Shown piece by piece: positions 1 through 12,820 of a stretch of 64,000 bases of DNA. Source of the stretch: Massalongia carnosa (Eukaryota). How positions within the stretch are numbered: position 1 is the stretch's first letter; each line of letters opens with the position of its first letter. The notes beneath the pieces are model-generated. The model saw nothing but the letters and a program-made list of their open reading frames with translations. It did not search any database and was not told where the DNA came from. The stretch is taken from assembly GCA_965645245.1 (NCBI GenBank), contig OZ287073.1:2604001-2668000 (forward strand). The letters run 5' to 3'. The translations under genes were made by a program, and so were the position numbers.

Positions 1-323
1 TATATATATATATTTCCTGCTAATATTCCTCTCATAACGAGAGGCTCTTTCTTGCTTTCACATCATTTTCTCTGACATGTTTTAAAAGAAAGAGTCTATA
101 CACATTTCTTCACTCATGAAGAGTGATAATTATAAGAAATGATTTAGAGACATGATCTTCGCTCTGCAGAAAGCGAACTTTTGAAGTTATGTGACTGATA
201 CTCGAAAAATGTCTCGAAAAAATCTTTTAAATTTAATAAACGGCAAGTTACTGTGGGTTTACCCCAACTCGTGGCACCAGACGTATGACTACGTCAGTGC
301 TTGAGTTGGATGGTAAAGTTGTT

Positions 324-3300
324 CTATTTCACCTCGGTCACCTCACGTCTCTCGTATGACTGACGGAGACTCATGACATCAATCATTAAGCGTTTCTCTT
401 GGGTCGTCCCGAGTTTTACTAAGCAGTCATATAGCGATTTTGAATCCGTGCAGAGAATCAGTGGAATGTCGGTTCCGAGAAGTTTGCTAAGGGTTGCCTT
501 TATGACGGCCCCGATATCGAACCCATGTGCCATGCCATATAGCTCGGCGGCCAAGACACTCCGCGTCACCCTTTTACACTTAATTGATGACCAATGAATG
601 ACGTTGGCTTTGTCAGTCGAGTCAGCAAGGCATATGACATAACCGATTTGTGATGAGAGGTCTCGGTTGTTGGTGAAGGATGAATCGGTGAAAACGACCA
701 ACTGAAGGCTGTTTCGATCGAGTTTGACGTATTTCAGCCCTCGGGATTGATTGTCTATTTGCCACTTAAGTCGCTTGTTTAGGGCATTGATATCATCTGA
801 GGAGAACTTTGTTGACTGAGCGGCATAAGATAGATCGAAAGAGGCCTCGAGCTGACAGATGGAAGCTGTGTATGCACCTCTAGCTCGTTGGGCCACATAT
901 TGCTCTTTCGAAGACAACTTTTCTCGAACGATGCCTCGCGAGCTAGTTGTCGAGGCGTCATGATTCTTAACCAGCGAGATGCCTCCAACACGAGTTTCCT
1001 GGCTCAACATGATGTCTCTGCTCGGGGCGAGTCGGATCATGGTGCCATTGAACTTGATTGGGGTTTCGAGGATGAGATGAGTGCGCTCTTTAGTCATGAT
1101 CTTAGCCTTCTTGATAGCATCTTCTTCTTCGGCCGAAAAGGTGTCGCTTGCTAGCATAAGGGTGTCGTCAGATTGTAGGCCAACGATGCCAAAAGGCTCG
1201 GATTTGTAGAGTAGGCATGGATCGTAGGTTGACTCGGTCATGCCGAGTTTTCTAGTATGATGGGCATGATACGTGGCGAACCAATGATTGCCTGCTTCCG
1301 GGACGCCATAGAGAGGTTTTATGACTTTCAGGATGCAGTTGGATGGAGCTCCCATCATCGCGGTGAGTTCATGAGGCGGGCGGATGTAAAAGTCACGATT
1401 CAACTCGGAATTTGATTGAACATATGCCTGAGTGACGTCGCGAAGGTATAGCTTTGTTGACTCGTTTTGAAATGTTGCTGTGAGGCAGATGATAAGACGT
1501 TGACTGACTCGTTGAATTGTCGGTGACTGTGTCAGAACGAGGTCTTTATTGAGGTCATTGTAGGCCTGTACGACCAGACGTGATTTCTCGAAAGCCTTAT
1601 CGGTGCCAGGATTCTTTATTTCGTCAACAAACCTCAAGTTGAAAACGCGTGCGTCAGCTGGAACGTCTTCAGAATTTACGAGTTTGAATACACCTTTTTC
1701 TAGAAGTGCGGCGACTTCCTTTTGCCTCGATGAGGTGAATTGGGGTAATTTCGAGATGTCGTCATCATTATCTTCAGGAGTATCGATGACGAAGCAGATG
1801 TTGGAAGGCGTAGTGAAATTGACATGTTCGGGATGCTTTCTGGGTCTTCCACGGCCACGTTTGACTGGTGCTGATGGTGCTGATGAAGGTGAGGCAGTCG
1901 GGGCAATGATTCCCGAGACGAGGGGATTCGTAGGAGGGGTGTCTCTTGCATCGATCGAGGGAACATGTCCCGAGGTGCGAGGGTTAATAGATGAGGCATC
2001 TCCTGTACCATCATCTATACGTCCTGCACCAACGTCGGCGTCTCCTGCGCTTTCGTCATCTTTTTCATCTTTATTTGTATCCTTCATGCCATCAGCAGCA
2101 AGGTCGTAGTACGGTTTCAACGAGGTGGAACGGAATTTGGTGGGTCCGCTCGACAGCTCGATGATAGCCGACTCGCCTTGTAGGCTGAGAAGTTTGTATG
2201 GTCCCTTCCACGTCCCTGATCGACCTGCATTGCCTTCTCGGAATACTAGCACCGGCGAATTGATGGGCAAGTCGTGAATCAAGGTGGTGGACGGGCCGTT
2301 TCGAGTGTTCAATGCATCATTAACCTGACGAGATGCATGCAGCTTGCGTACCTCCTCCATAGCCTTTCTCATGGCTATCGTGCGTTGGGTGATTGTAGGC
2401 GAGGGAGCATCCATTTCAATCATTCTCGGGCAGGCACCGAATACAAGCAACGTCGGAACTAGACCATTCGGTCCTACCGAGTCGTTGAGTGCCTTGAATG
2501 CCATTTGTAGGGCCAACTCGGGCTCGATTCCGGGAATTTCGGCAGTTATGATGCTATATGCTCGACGAAGTGGTCCATGATAGCGTTCAACTAGACCGAT
2601 GGAGTGATGCGCTTCGACGGGGACGTTTTTGACAATGATTCCCATGTTTGCAGCATATTGTCGGAATTCCCTGGCCATGAACTGTTTGCCTGCATCGGCC
2701 GAGATCAGGTCGGGGGGGCCGAGATAGGTATCGATCCAACATGCCCGTAGCTGATCCCATACATGTCTGGCCGAAATGTCCTTCAGCCACCGTCCTGCTT
2801 GAAATCGAGTTGCCTCGTCGACTAACTGCAGCACCGCCTTGCCTTCTATGTAAAGAATATCGACGACAATGTGGTAGTTAAACTCGACGTCATCTTTTAT
2901 GGTAAAACCGAACCTGCCTGGCGACTTTCCGTGCTTCTGACAATGGTGGCAATATTTAACGAGGTATTCTAGGGCTCGAAGGTCGACATCATGACCTGAT
3001 AGCTCGAGAATCCGATGTAGGCGCGAGACTGATGGGTGCCCGAAGCGACGATGTAGTCGGCGGAGCTCGGTGGTAGTTAAGAAGCATGGATTTTCCGAGA
3101 ATGATTCAATCGCGAGGGCATATGCGGATGTGCACCATAACAGAAACGCATGACCATACCGGCGAATCACAGGATGAGTATGTTGGGCCTGAACAACTTG
3201 ATTGGTTAGGTTATTGAAGAAGGCACCTAGCTTGTCCATGTCGGCGAGGCAGAGGAGAAACGGCGTATTGACTCGTACGATATGAAAGACGATTCTTCCT

Positions 3301-3656
3301 ATTGGGTTATTCAGGTTGACCGTGCCGATTGAAGACGTACTACCGATGCCAAAGACGAAATTTGCTGACCCAGCCGTTGTCTCGTCGAGTTTTATCGAGA
3401 TGATCTTCTGCAAGGCCTTTAGCTGCCCAATGCCACCGGTTGACCGAGTTCCAGCACCGGAATCGATCAGTAGCCCTTTAAACTCGGACTCGTCGTAGCG
3501 AGTGTCGGTTGACGTGATAAAACTGTAGGGCACTGAGACGGGGGCGATGGTATTGTCTGACCAAGTTATGCGATGTTCGAAGGCCTTATTGGTCAGCATG
3601 TTGATCGCATTAATAGACTCAACTGCATGAAGGGTGCCAATCGAGGTATGAAACAT
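324..3656 (-). CDS. pol: Copia pol polyprotein (protease, integrase, RT, RNase H), C-terminally truncated
   Basis: LIDSGA protease, HRRFGH...CHHC zinc finger, integrase D,D35E region ([12 protein letters not shown]), YGVPEAG and QSDD RT motifs, FTDSS/TDSKSL RNase H; stops at REVTEVK where LTR sequence is fused on. Confidence 0.92.
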   Translation of the reverse strand: MFHTSIGTLHAVESINAINMLTNKAFEHRITWSDNTIAPVSVPYSFITSTDTRYDESEFKGLLIDSGAGTRSTGGIGQLKALQKIISIKLDETTAGSANFVFGIGSTSSIGTVNLNNPIGRIVFHIVRVNTPFLLCLADMDKLGAFFNNLTNQVVQAQHTHPVIRRYGHAFLLWCTSAYALAIESFSENPCFLTTTELRRLHRRFGHPSVSRLHRILELSGHDVDLRALEYLVKYCHHCQKHGKSPGRFGFTIKDDVEFNYHIVVDILYIEGKAVLQLVDEATRFQAGRWLKDISARHVWDQLRACWIDTYLGPPDLISADAGKQFMAREFRQYAANMGIIVKNVPVEAHHSIGLVERYHGPLRRAYSIITAEIPGIEPELALQMAFKALNDSVGPNGLVPTLLVFGACPRMIEMDAPSPTITQRTIAMRKAMEEVRKLHASRQVNDALNTRNGPSTTLIHDLPINSPVLVFREGNAGRSGTWKGPYKLLSLQGESAIIELSSGPTKFRSTSLKPYYDLAADGMKDTNKDEKDDESAGDADVGAGRIDDGTGDASSINPRTSGHVPSIDARDTPPTNPLVSGIIAPTASPSSAPSAPVKRGRGRPRKHPEHVNFTTPSNICFVIDTPEDNDDDISKLPQFTSSRQKEVAALLEKGVFKLVNSEDVPADARVFNLRFVDEIKNPGTDKAFEKSRLVVQAYNDLNKDLVLTQSPTIQRVSQRLIICLTATFQNESTKLYLRDVTQAYVQSNSELNRDFYIRPPHELTAMMGAPSNCILKVIKPLYGVPEAGNHWFATYHAHHTRKLGMTESTYDPCLLYKSEPFGIVGLQSDDTLMLASDTFSAEEEDAIKKAKIMTKERTHLILETPIKFNGTMIRLAPSRDIMLSQETRVGGISLVKNHDASTTSSRGIVREKLSSKEQYVAQRARGAYTASICQLEASFDLSYAAQSTKFSSDDINALNKRLKWQIDNQSRGLKYVKLDRNSLQLVVFTDSSFTNNRDLSSQIGYVICLADSTDKANVIHWSSIKCKRVTRSVLAAELYGMAHGFDIGAVIKATLSKLLGTDIPLILCTDSKSLYDCLVKLGTTQEKRLMIDVMSLRQSYERREVTEVK

Positions 3657-5310
3657 CTCGGTAGCGACCTCTGCATCAAGAGAAGGGTCTTTTGCCTCGA
3701 TGGACAGGTCTCCGAAAAGTGAGCTATTTCGTCTTCATCTTCATCATCGCCCTCATAATTAGCGATGTATTGACGAAGATTGCGTTCATAGCCTGAGCGA
3801 TTTTTGTACTTGGGATGCCTATCTCCCCAGCGCTTCTTGGAGTCCTCCTGTTCTTTCGATGAGTGGTTCGTTGACCAGCATCCTTCTTCATCGCATACGA
3901 AGCAGCGTTTTTGACGCATTGGGCCACGAGACGGCTTTCGAGACTGGTTTCGAGATGAATAACTTGATCGGTTGAAACGTTGTCCGCCGCGAGAGAAGAC
4001 TCCTCATCGTCCTCATTCTCGCCTAGATAGCTCCCCTGCGCGGACTTATGCACCGCTTCATAATTGACGATTGAGGCATAGAGGTTATTGACCAATCCTG
4101 GTGTGTCCTGTGGTGGATTTGTTAAACCGGCCGCGAGTGCTGGGTGACCCCTACAGGCCGGAATGATGTTTTCTCGCAGATGAATTGACCCGTGATATGC
4201 CGTATTGATGCCTCGTTGTATCGTGTCCAGCTCGGTGCATAGCTTTCTGAGACACTCGGTTGTCGACAGCGAGGGGTTGGCCGAGATAACATCGTTCAGG
4301 GAGATGGTTTGCCACTTTGCCAGATTGTAGCGTTCCCACTCGGGCCCTTCAAAGAATGTCCTCATGTTTTGACAGAAATCATCAAACGACGCGGCGGAAC
4401 CTCGATTTGCATAGTAATGAGTCAATGCATGACCAGAAAGCATAATCGAGGCTCCATGAATGAACGCGATATGAGGTAGTCCGACTCGCCTGCATTTGTC
4501 GAGGAATATGGTGAGTTTGAAACCGAAGTTGTCGCCCGTGCCACTAAACTTGTCGTTATCCTTGTAGATTTTCTCTAGCAGAGTCAATTCCTTGGCGTAT
4601 TGATTGGTCGAGTTCTCCTGAAATTGATGATGAGGCGTTTGATGCGATGATTGACTCGGAGGTAGTTGTTGCGAGATCTGCTGAGTAAATTGTGGGGACT
4701 GCGACGCGAGGGGTGCCTGAGGTATGTACGGATTTGGTGATGCAGACTGATGCAATGGGGTCTGGAGTCTGGTATCCTGGTACGATTGTGTTCTCGGATC
4801 CGCAGATAGACCTCGCGAGTTTGCAGCGATGAGATTTAGGTTATCTGACTCGATGATGCTCATGAGTTCTCGCTTTCGGTCGAGGGTTTTCTCGGATAGA
4901 TGTTTATATCGTCCTTGAACCCATTTAATTTGTTCGAGAGTCCAGTCCAGTTCCCATTCCGTGTTGATAGCCTTTCTCATGAAGGATGCGCGAGTCCTGC
5001 CGGGCCCGTAGTTGTGATCGATCCAAATGCCGTGGTGATAGCAGTAGGCCTTTACGAGTTCCCAGGTGTCTCGATCGAATTTGTTGAAATGCTCCTCTTT
5101 GAAGTGCTCGAAGTTTCCCTGGACGATATTCCATAGATAGTAGTCCTCGTAGTCATTGTCTGCTTATCTTTGGAAGTGATATTTAACATATTTCTTGATT
5201 GTCTCGGCATCGGCCGTCTCCAGATCGATGCCGTTGGGAAAGGGATTTGTTGACTCGGTTGACTCGATCGCGTTTTCGGCGCTCGGAGCAACGCTCGGAG
5301 AACCTGCCAT
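3657..5310 (-). pseudogene. gag: Copia gag, frameshifted
   Basis: ORF pieces 5052-5291, 3724-4980 and 3593-3919 in different frames; zinc knuckle RCFVCDEEGCWSTNH; ATG at 5310 shortly after the 5' LTR. Confidence 0.8.
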
Positions 5311-7254
5311 CGTCAGCGATAGCGAGGTTTTCAGGTTTTAATGATTGGGGTATTCTGATCTGAATAGCTAAACTGATCAGTGTGGGTTTACCCCAACTCG
5401 TGGCACCAGACGTATGACTACGTCAGTGCTTGAGTTGGATGGTAAAGTTGTTCTATTAGCTAGTAGCGAGCGTGGGCTATATAGGCGTGTGCCCCTTTTC
5501 GGGGTCACGTGGCTGGCTAGGCGTCCCGTGCCTAACAGTGACGAAGGCCTTAATAGCCTCTAGTCGTGCCCACAGCCCGTTCTATCTACTAGTGCTACTA
5601 ACAGTTACTGAGATGACCCCCAAATAACCCGCCACAGCTGGGGACAAAAAAAAACCGGCAAATTACTGAGATGACCCCCAAATAACCCCCCCATCTTGCC
5701 CGGGGGTTATTTGGGGGTCAATTACCGTAATATACACGTAGTTTTGCTTCTGGCGCTGTCACGATGACCCCCAAGAACTGTAATTAATTGAAGGGGGTCA
5801 TTTGGAATATTGCGACCGCACGATTAAATGACAAGCACGAGGAAAAGCGAGTAGATACCTATACAAAAATATACGGAAAACATCACAATAGAATATCATG
5901 ATCTAATTTTCTATCCCTAGACTGTCATGTTTCGATATGTCATTCCTTCACCAAAAAATCGCCTCCGAAGAAGTGGCACATGAGACATAGCTAGCCGGTA
6001 GATGCTCTGTCACTTCATGACAGAACTCACGATTGCTTATCCTTTCTCTCTGTAAGGATAATCTCTAGACCCATCTATTGACTCGGCTTTGTCCCTCGCA
6101 TTTGTCGTTTTCGAGGAGGTGACTTGTTTATTAAGTCAGTCAATGACACTTCTCTAGAGCTTTCTAAAGCTACCTTCGCTAAGTTGGCATACTTTGTGTG
6201 TAAAGCTTCTTGCGCTCTCACAGTAGGTTTCAATATCCGTCCAGTTCTAGATTTACGAGGTGAGATCAGTGCCCGGTCACGTTCTTTACCTTTCTCTAGC
6301 ATGCTCCAAATTTGCTCCTCCACTAGTATATTATCAGCTTCCTGTCGCTCTTCCGCTAGTGTATTCTCGACTTCCTCTCTCTCTTCCGATAATGCATCGT
6401 CTTTTTCGTACGGAAAGTCATCAGAATCATAGCCCACTGGTGTTCTCTCCCCTTCCGAAAGTAGTGTTGGCTCTCCTAATGGAATGCGTAGAGGAAGAGG
6501 ACATCGTCTTTGAGGATACGTCCATAATGGGCGGGTGAATAACTTTCTAAGAAATGAAGTATGCGACGATGGAGCTGGAGCTATATGCTCGAAATGAGGA
6601 ACGATAATTTGATACTGTCGCTCTGTCAGATATCTTCGACCCTGCCCTCAATGATTAGCCATGAATTAATCTTAAGGTGAGTACGTACCTGTTTAGCATA
6701 AAGTATTCGTTTTTTGCGAGCATCTTCTTCGGCCGCCTCTGGAAAGCGACGTTTGTAATTTCTATGTCCCTGTAGTGTTCCAGCAAACGTCTGATTCATA
6801 TCAAACCTTTGAAATTGTTGTAACTGTGCCTCGTCCATGTCTAACCATCCAATAGCCCAACGAGCATAGCATAGTTCTTCTGCTCTTCCTTAGTCTCTTC
6901 CGATGAGTCTGTTTCAATTGACGACGATTGAGATCGAGATGAGGAATTCATTTCACTCTCGAGGGTAATATTTTTGTCGCGATGAGATGTTAAACTCTTG
7001 TCACTCTCGATCGCAATATCTTCATCGTTTTGAGCCGAGAATCAGCGAGACCTAAAAACAAAAGAACGATCACTGAATCTATTCCAGTCACTTATGTCAG
7101 TATGAACACTCATATTGTCGCTCTCGCCGTCATGATTGCTGTCGCTATTATTGTCATTAGAGTCATTGTCATTCTCTTTATCAACTTCATCTTCGTTGTG
7201 ACTACATTGAGAGACAGAAGCAGTTTTGGATCAGTACTATTATGCAGGGTCAGA

Positions 7255-8538
7255 AGTGTCCGGATAGGCGAGAATTTTTTTAGTTTTGAAAAGTAAACAA
7301 CCACCTTTCAATCCATCATGCCACCACCACGTAGCTCTAAACAGCCCAGAACTACGTGCAAAGAAGTGCCCGTCATATTCAGAGCTGAAACGTACGGTAT
7401 AGGCCTCGCCGGCGCCTCCGTTAGTACTAGTACTATACACGAAAAGTTTCCAAATGGGGTCGTTCCACCATAGGAGACACTTTGAAGAAGGCTACAACAC
7501 GCGACGACCACAAATCGGAAGTACGATCTGGTCGGTCCAAAATAACCACAGAACGAGAAGATCGTCATTTGATACGAGCAGCGATTAAATCGGGGCCAAA
7601 TGGTCGTCGACAGCCTCTGGGGGAGTTGCAAGCTAACATTATGTCCGATGTTTCTCGAACCACCATGAAACGACGTCTTCGAGATCAAAACGTTCGCAAA
7701 TGGCGCGCAGCTAATCGTACGATGTTAATGGAAGCTCATATTGCTGATCGGCTGGGCTGGGCACGTCAATATGAGGATGTTTTGGAGGATGAGTGGGCTC
7801 AAGTGTGTTGGTCTGATGAGATGTCAGTTTGCAAACAGGATGGGAGTGAGAACGTGTGGGTTTTTCGACTTCTAAATGAGAAATGGGATCAAGAATGCTT
7901 CGAACCAGTCAAAAATGGATCGAGAGTCACAAAGATGTTCTAGGGCTGCTTTGCAGGCAATCGACGGGGTGGTTTGACCTCGTTGGAGCCCGATCCAGAT
8001 CGTACGGGAAAGAAAGGTATCGCAGGGTTGATTATACTCGATGCTTATAAAGAACATCTTCCTACCATGCTCGATGACGATTCGGGCATTGTTTTCATGC
8101 AAGATGGAGCTATAACACACAAAATTCGAGAGACAATGGACTGGTTCAAAGAAAAGGGGTACACGGTCATGGATTGGCCGGCCTAGTCCCCCGATTTGAA
8201 CCCCATTGAGATGGTATGGAAGAAATTGAAAAACATAGTCTTTAGAAGACACCCCGAATTACGCATTCTGTCAGCAAGTGCCCCAAAAATTCAAGAGGCC
8301 ATTGTTGATGCTGTCTTGGAGGCATGGGACTACATAACGGAGGCGTTTTTGGAAACTTTAAGGCGGTCAATGCCTCGTCGAGTGCAAGCAGTCCTGAATG
8401 CAAATAGTGGTTATACTAAATATTAGTTATATGTAAACAAATAATCGCATCATTTTACTGAAACGTTGATTTTGTAACAGCAACAATAGATAATTCATAC
8501 TGCTATGAAATTCGTTTAAATTCGCCTATCCGGACACT
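7255..8538 (+). mobile_element. Tc1-like DNA transposon nested in the MULE
   Basis: TIRs AGTGTCCGGATAGGCGA (7255-7271) and TCGCCTATCCGGACACT (8522-8538) flank a Tc1 transposase. Confidence 0.88.
7318..8426 (+). pseudogene. Tc1 DD34E transposase with nonsense mutations and a frameshift
   Basis: WSDE, FMQDGA and WPA*SPDLNPIE motifs with 34 residues between D2 and E; C-terminal SMPRRVQAV...GYTKY; in-frame TAG at 7941 and 8184. Confidence 0.9.
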
Positions 8539-10335
8539 AACGACCTACCATAATAGCAGAAACGTCACTCGCGGAAGGTCCCGAGTGATCACATGTACGC
8601 CTGTTATGCTTGCGACTCTTGCAGATTGAGCATCTCATCCGCTGCTTTGATAAATCAAATCGTTTTCTTCTCTCAGGTCTGATTTTTGGGCGACCAGCCT
8701 GGACTACAAATTCTGGTGGTTTCACATCGGCCGCTGCGAGAACATTGAGATCAATAGGCTGTAAAAATGACTGGTATGTTGCCTTGTACTCAGCGATTGT
8801 AAAGATGGGACTGACAAAATCCTCTGGTTCTCTTTCTTGCTTCATACACAACGCAACGGCATGATCACATTGCATCTCATAATCCTGAAAATCATGACAA
8901 GTACACGTCTTGGCTTCCAGATCCACGATGTGATGACTTCCAGTACCAGTAGTGACGATACCGCAGAAAGGACGAGAATTTGAACAGTATACTCGGCCGA
9001 TTGTTTCGTCCATCTTGAATCCATCTCCAGGCATAACCAGTGACTCTATCTGTCTTGTGTTCAAGCTTGTGCCGTTCATAAAGTTTGTCCATGCATTGGT
9101 TCCAAATCTGATGGAGACAAAGCAATGCGGGCATGTGACGTGCCTCCAGCCAAATATTATTTTGCGACTCTTGAGCATTAGAACATAATTGACCATATCG
9201 GAGACGAGGAAAAGCATATACAGCCCACTACTCTGGAGGTATGTCTTCAATATAACCCGCGCAATTAGGTCTCGTCGCTCTAATTCTGTTGAGTATAGTG
9301 TTGAATTTTGCCTGTGTTTTAGCTTTGGCCGCATCCCAGAAAAGATTTCGATATGTCTTCTTCCATTTTTTTATCGACATTGTCTCCGAGATGTTTGCAA
9401 CAATGAGCACTTAAAGCGACAGGAAAATGATCAGATACTGCATGCTTGATACCTTTATTGCGATCACTAATAATCACTGCTTGTCGTCCCGAGCGAAATC
9501 GAATATATAATGCCATTGCCCGTAAAAAATAGATCCAGTTATCTTTGTTCTCGATTGGGACCAATGCCCACGCCAGTTCCAATACCTGGTTGTTACCGTC
9601 TTGAGTAACAAGAGACAAGATCACAAGGCCGTCCGATGTCTTGCAAGCGGTACATGTACCATCACACTGAAGCACAGAACGACAATGACGAAAAGCACGC
9701 TCAGTCGCCTTTGGCAGTACCCAACATCGTTTGGAACAACCGTTCTCATCTAGCTCCAGATTTGTCCATGCTGTTCGTGTATTGTTTTGTTCTTCGCATG
9801 CTGACAAGAATGCAGGTATATATTGAAAGCTTTGCTTAATATTGCCAAAACCGCTTAATCTTGAGAAACTCTTTTGTGCGCCACATCGCCATATAGTTTG
9901 TGTTGTTTCCTCGACTGGAAGTCTCGACGGTCATTAAATGCCTCAATTTAACCCGATGATCACATTGCACAAGCGCTTGATTTGTCTTGTTGGTGACTAA
10001 ATACTGAACAGCATTGCTACCTGAATGGCCGGAGTGGTTCGATATGGCACAGGTATGAGGGATCATTTTAGTGAGTTTCCCTGATCTAATGTCAGTATTT
10101 ATTTGTCTTAGCTCTTATACATTTAAGTATTACATCTCCCAGTTTTGTTGGACAAGCTGGCTCTGATTCGAAAGTCACAATGATCGCACTTAACTAGATA
10201 TCTATTCTTCTCGGCCTTCTCAACACGCCATGACTCGCCCTTGCTTGCAAGCGAATTAGTGATCGCCTGTCTTGTCTCATATTTATCGTCCCACTCTTGA
10301 CCGACATAAAGCGACATTGTTGATGATTCGGCCAT
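8537..10335 (-). pseudogene. MULE (MuDR-type) transposase, frameshifted
   Basis: CDGT...QDGNNQVLELAWALVPIE...IISDRNKG...HCCKHL catalytic core, SWIM finger CTCHDFQDYEMQCDH, knuckle CSICKSRKHNRRTC; split across several frames. Confidence 0.88.
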
Positions 10336-10894
10336 TGTGAGATTGAACGAGACATAAGTATGCAGAAATGATGGACGAAGATATGCACAAATAAGTCCCG
10401 AGTTAACGCTAGATAGCCCGAGTGCCACGTAGTCCAAATGCCTTGTTTAAGCATTCTATGGAGTTTCATTGGCGTATAGCACTTAAAGCAGAAAGTTATA
10501 AAGCTTTAATTGGTAGGTTCAGTCACTTCACCTATGATTGACCCCCCGATATCGCACGATCATCGGGCTACAGATATCTAGTCGCTCGTTTTTATCGCCG
10601 TAATCATATCTTCTTTCTTGGAGTAGCAAGGCTTTTATCGGGTAGCCGACGCTCAATGGACTTCTCCTCGTGCGTGCCATTTAACTGTGCGGTCGCAATA
10701 TTCCAAATGACCCCCAAATGACCCCTTCAATTAATTACAGTTCTTGGGGGTCATCGTGACAGCTCCAGAAGCAAAATTACGTGTGTATTACGGTAATTGA
10801 CCCCCAAATAACCCCCAGGCAAGATGGGGGGGGTTATTTGGGGGTCATCTCAGTAATTTGCCGTTATTTGGGGGGTCATCTCAGTAATTTGCCG

Positions 10895-12820
10895 TTAATC
10901 GAAGGGGATCATTTGAGGGTCATTTGAAATATTGCGACCGCACGATTAAATGACAAGCACGAGGAAAAGCGACTAGATACCTATACAAAATTATACGAAA
11001 AACATCACAATACAATATCATGATCTAATTTTTCATCCTCAGACTGTCATGTTTCGATATGTCATTCCTTCACCAAAAAATTGTTAAATAAACAGTTGAC
11101 GGCATAATGTTGAAATTACTACGGAGGTGACTGCTTATAGCAGTCATGGCAGCCTGCAGGGCTGAGCTAGATCTAATGGGGCTAAGCGAGTATTCCAACA
11201 CTCCCCTTCGAGCGTGGCTCCCCTTTCGCCTCCAAAATTGAAACTATCCAGCTTTTATCACTCCCCTTGCGAAGTGATTCATCCAGCTGTGTCCGATTCG
11301 CTCCCCTTGCGGAACGAATCTAGCTCCCTCTGACTCCATTTTCCCTAAGCACGTAGTTCTTTCTTATGTCTTTTGTTGTCCTGCTTTGTAGCCTCATTAA
11401 ACCCATAACCATCTCTCGAAACGTAGCTTTTGTGAGTGTATGGGTGGATGGGAAGAGTACTATGGACGTGTTTTGTTGATGGCCTGAGCAGGGCTTTTCT
11501 CGATGTCTCTGTTAGACATTTTCCCGCAGACCATTGACGTTGGTGGCCTGATCGCAGGGCTTTTATCTCCCCTTGCTGATCTGACCAGTAATGCAAGATG
11601 TGAAGTCTTCGAGGCACCGCCCATTGTAGATGTCCTCCTCAGCACGTTTCGTACGTACACCACTTTCGATGACGTTTCCGCTTCGTTTCCGCTTCGTTTC
11701 TCATCCCTTTCGATGTCGTTTCCGCTTCGTTTTCGCGCTTTCCACGTCTGAACTTTCACCTCATCATCTTCTTGATACGACATGATAGTACGTAGTCTAT
11801 GCATGAAGGATGCCGTCGGAGGGGCGCAAAGCACAAACCCGGGACTCATAACCTGTTAAATAAACAGTTGACGGCATAATGTTGAAATTACTACGGAGGT
11901 GACTGCTTATAGCAGTCATGGCAGCCTGCAGGGCTGAGCTAGATCTAATGGGGCTAAGCGAGTATTCCAACAAAAATCGCCTCCGAAGAAGTGGCACATG
12001 AAACATAGGTAGCCGGCAGATGCTCTGTCACTTCATGACAGAAACACGATTGCTTATCCTTTCTCTCTGTAAGGATAATCTCTAGACCCATCTATTGACT
12101 CGGCTTTGTCCCTCGCATTTGTCGTTTTCGAGGAGGTGACTTGTTTATTAAATCAGTCAATGACACTTCTCTAGAGCTTTCTAAAGCTGCCTTCGCTAAG
12201 TTGGCATGCTTTGTGTAAAGCTTCTTGCCTCTCACAGTAGGTTTCAATATTCGTCCAGATCTAGATTTACGAGGTGAAATCAGTGCCCGGTCATGTTCTT
12301 TACCTTTCTCTAGCATGCTCCAAATTTGCTCCTCCGCTTGTATATTATCAGCTTCCTATCGCTCATCCGCTGATGTATTCTCGACTTCTTGTCGCTCTTC
12401 CGCTAATGTATTCTCGACTTCCTCTCTCTCTTCCGATAATGCCTCTTCTTTTTCGTACGGAAAGTCATCAGAATCCTAGCCCACTGGTGTTCTCTCCCCT
12501 TCCGAAAGTGGTGTTGGCTCTCCTAATGGAATGCGTAGAGGAAGAGGACATCGTCTTTGAGGATACGTCCATAATGGGCGGGTGAATAACTTTCTAAGAA
12601 ATGAAGTATGCGACGATGGAGCTGGAGCTATATGCTCGAAATGAGGAACGATAATTTGATACTGTCGCTCTGTCAGATATCTTCGACCCTGCTCTCAATG
12701 ATTAGCCATGAATTAATCTTAAGGTGAGCACGTACCTGTTTAGCATAAAGTATTCGTTTTTTGCGAGCATCTTCTTCGGCCGCCTCTGGAAAGCGACGTT
12801 TGTAATTTCTATGTCCCTGT
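10895..12820 (-). mobile_element. Second, truncated copy of the MULE family 1 left arm (contains the TRIM)
   Basis: High-identity direct repeat of ~5785-6772, interrupted by 11082-11972 and fused at ~12820 to a host gene fragment. Confidence 0.85.
11082..11972 (-). mobile_element. TRIM-like non-autonomous miniature LTR retrotransposon (891 bp)
   Basis: 119-bp TG...CA LTRs at 11082-11200 and 11854-11972, identical by eye; TSD AAAAT on both sides; the empty site CACCAAAAAATCGCC is seen in the duplicate near 5950; PBS GGTTATGAG and PPT GAAGGGGAG abut the LTRs; no gag/pol motifs inside. Confidence 0.93.

Larger units (their letters stand above)
252..5603 (-). mobile_element. Ty1/Copia LTR retrotransposon, GalEa-like clade, 3' end internally deleted
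   Basis: Full 223-bp LTR (TG...CA) at 5381-5603; only its first 77 bp recur at 252-328. 5-bp TSD GTTAC at 247-251 and 5604-5608. pol order protease-integrase-RT-RNase H; RT motif QSDD; palindromic CTGATCAG next to the 5' LTR in place of a tRNA PBS. Confidence 0.93.
5656..10863 (-). mobile_element. Mutator-like (MULE) DNA transposon, family 1, with internally palindromic TIRs
   Basis: About 190-bp inverted repeats (CGGCAAATTACTGAGATGACCCCC...) at ~5656-5845 and ~10665-10863; extra TIR ends at 241 (split by the Copia) and 10864-10894; MULE transposase inside. No matching TSD found. Confidence 0.82.

Noticed and set aside
1..240. AT-rich start as a RIP-mutated relic
   Set aside because: Too short and has no identifiable homology within the window.
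5990..7240. Second gene or extra transposase exons inside MULE family 1 (acidic ORFs)
   Set aside because: Intron-like signals exist but no consistent reading frame or known domain could be built.
11460..11849. 129-aa ORF inside the TRIM starting at the PBS ATG
   Set aside because: No retroelement motifs; the ATG is just part of the GGTTATGAG primer site.
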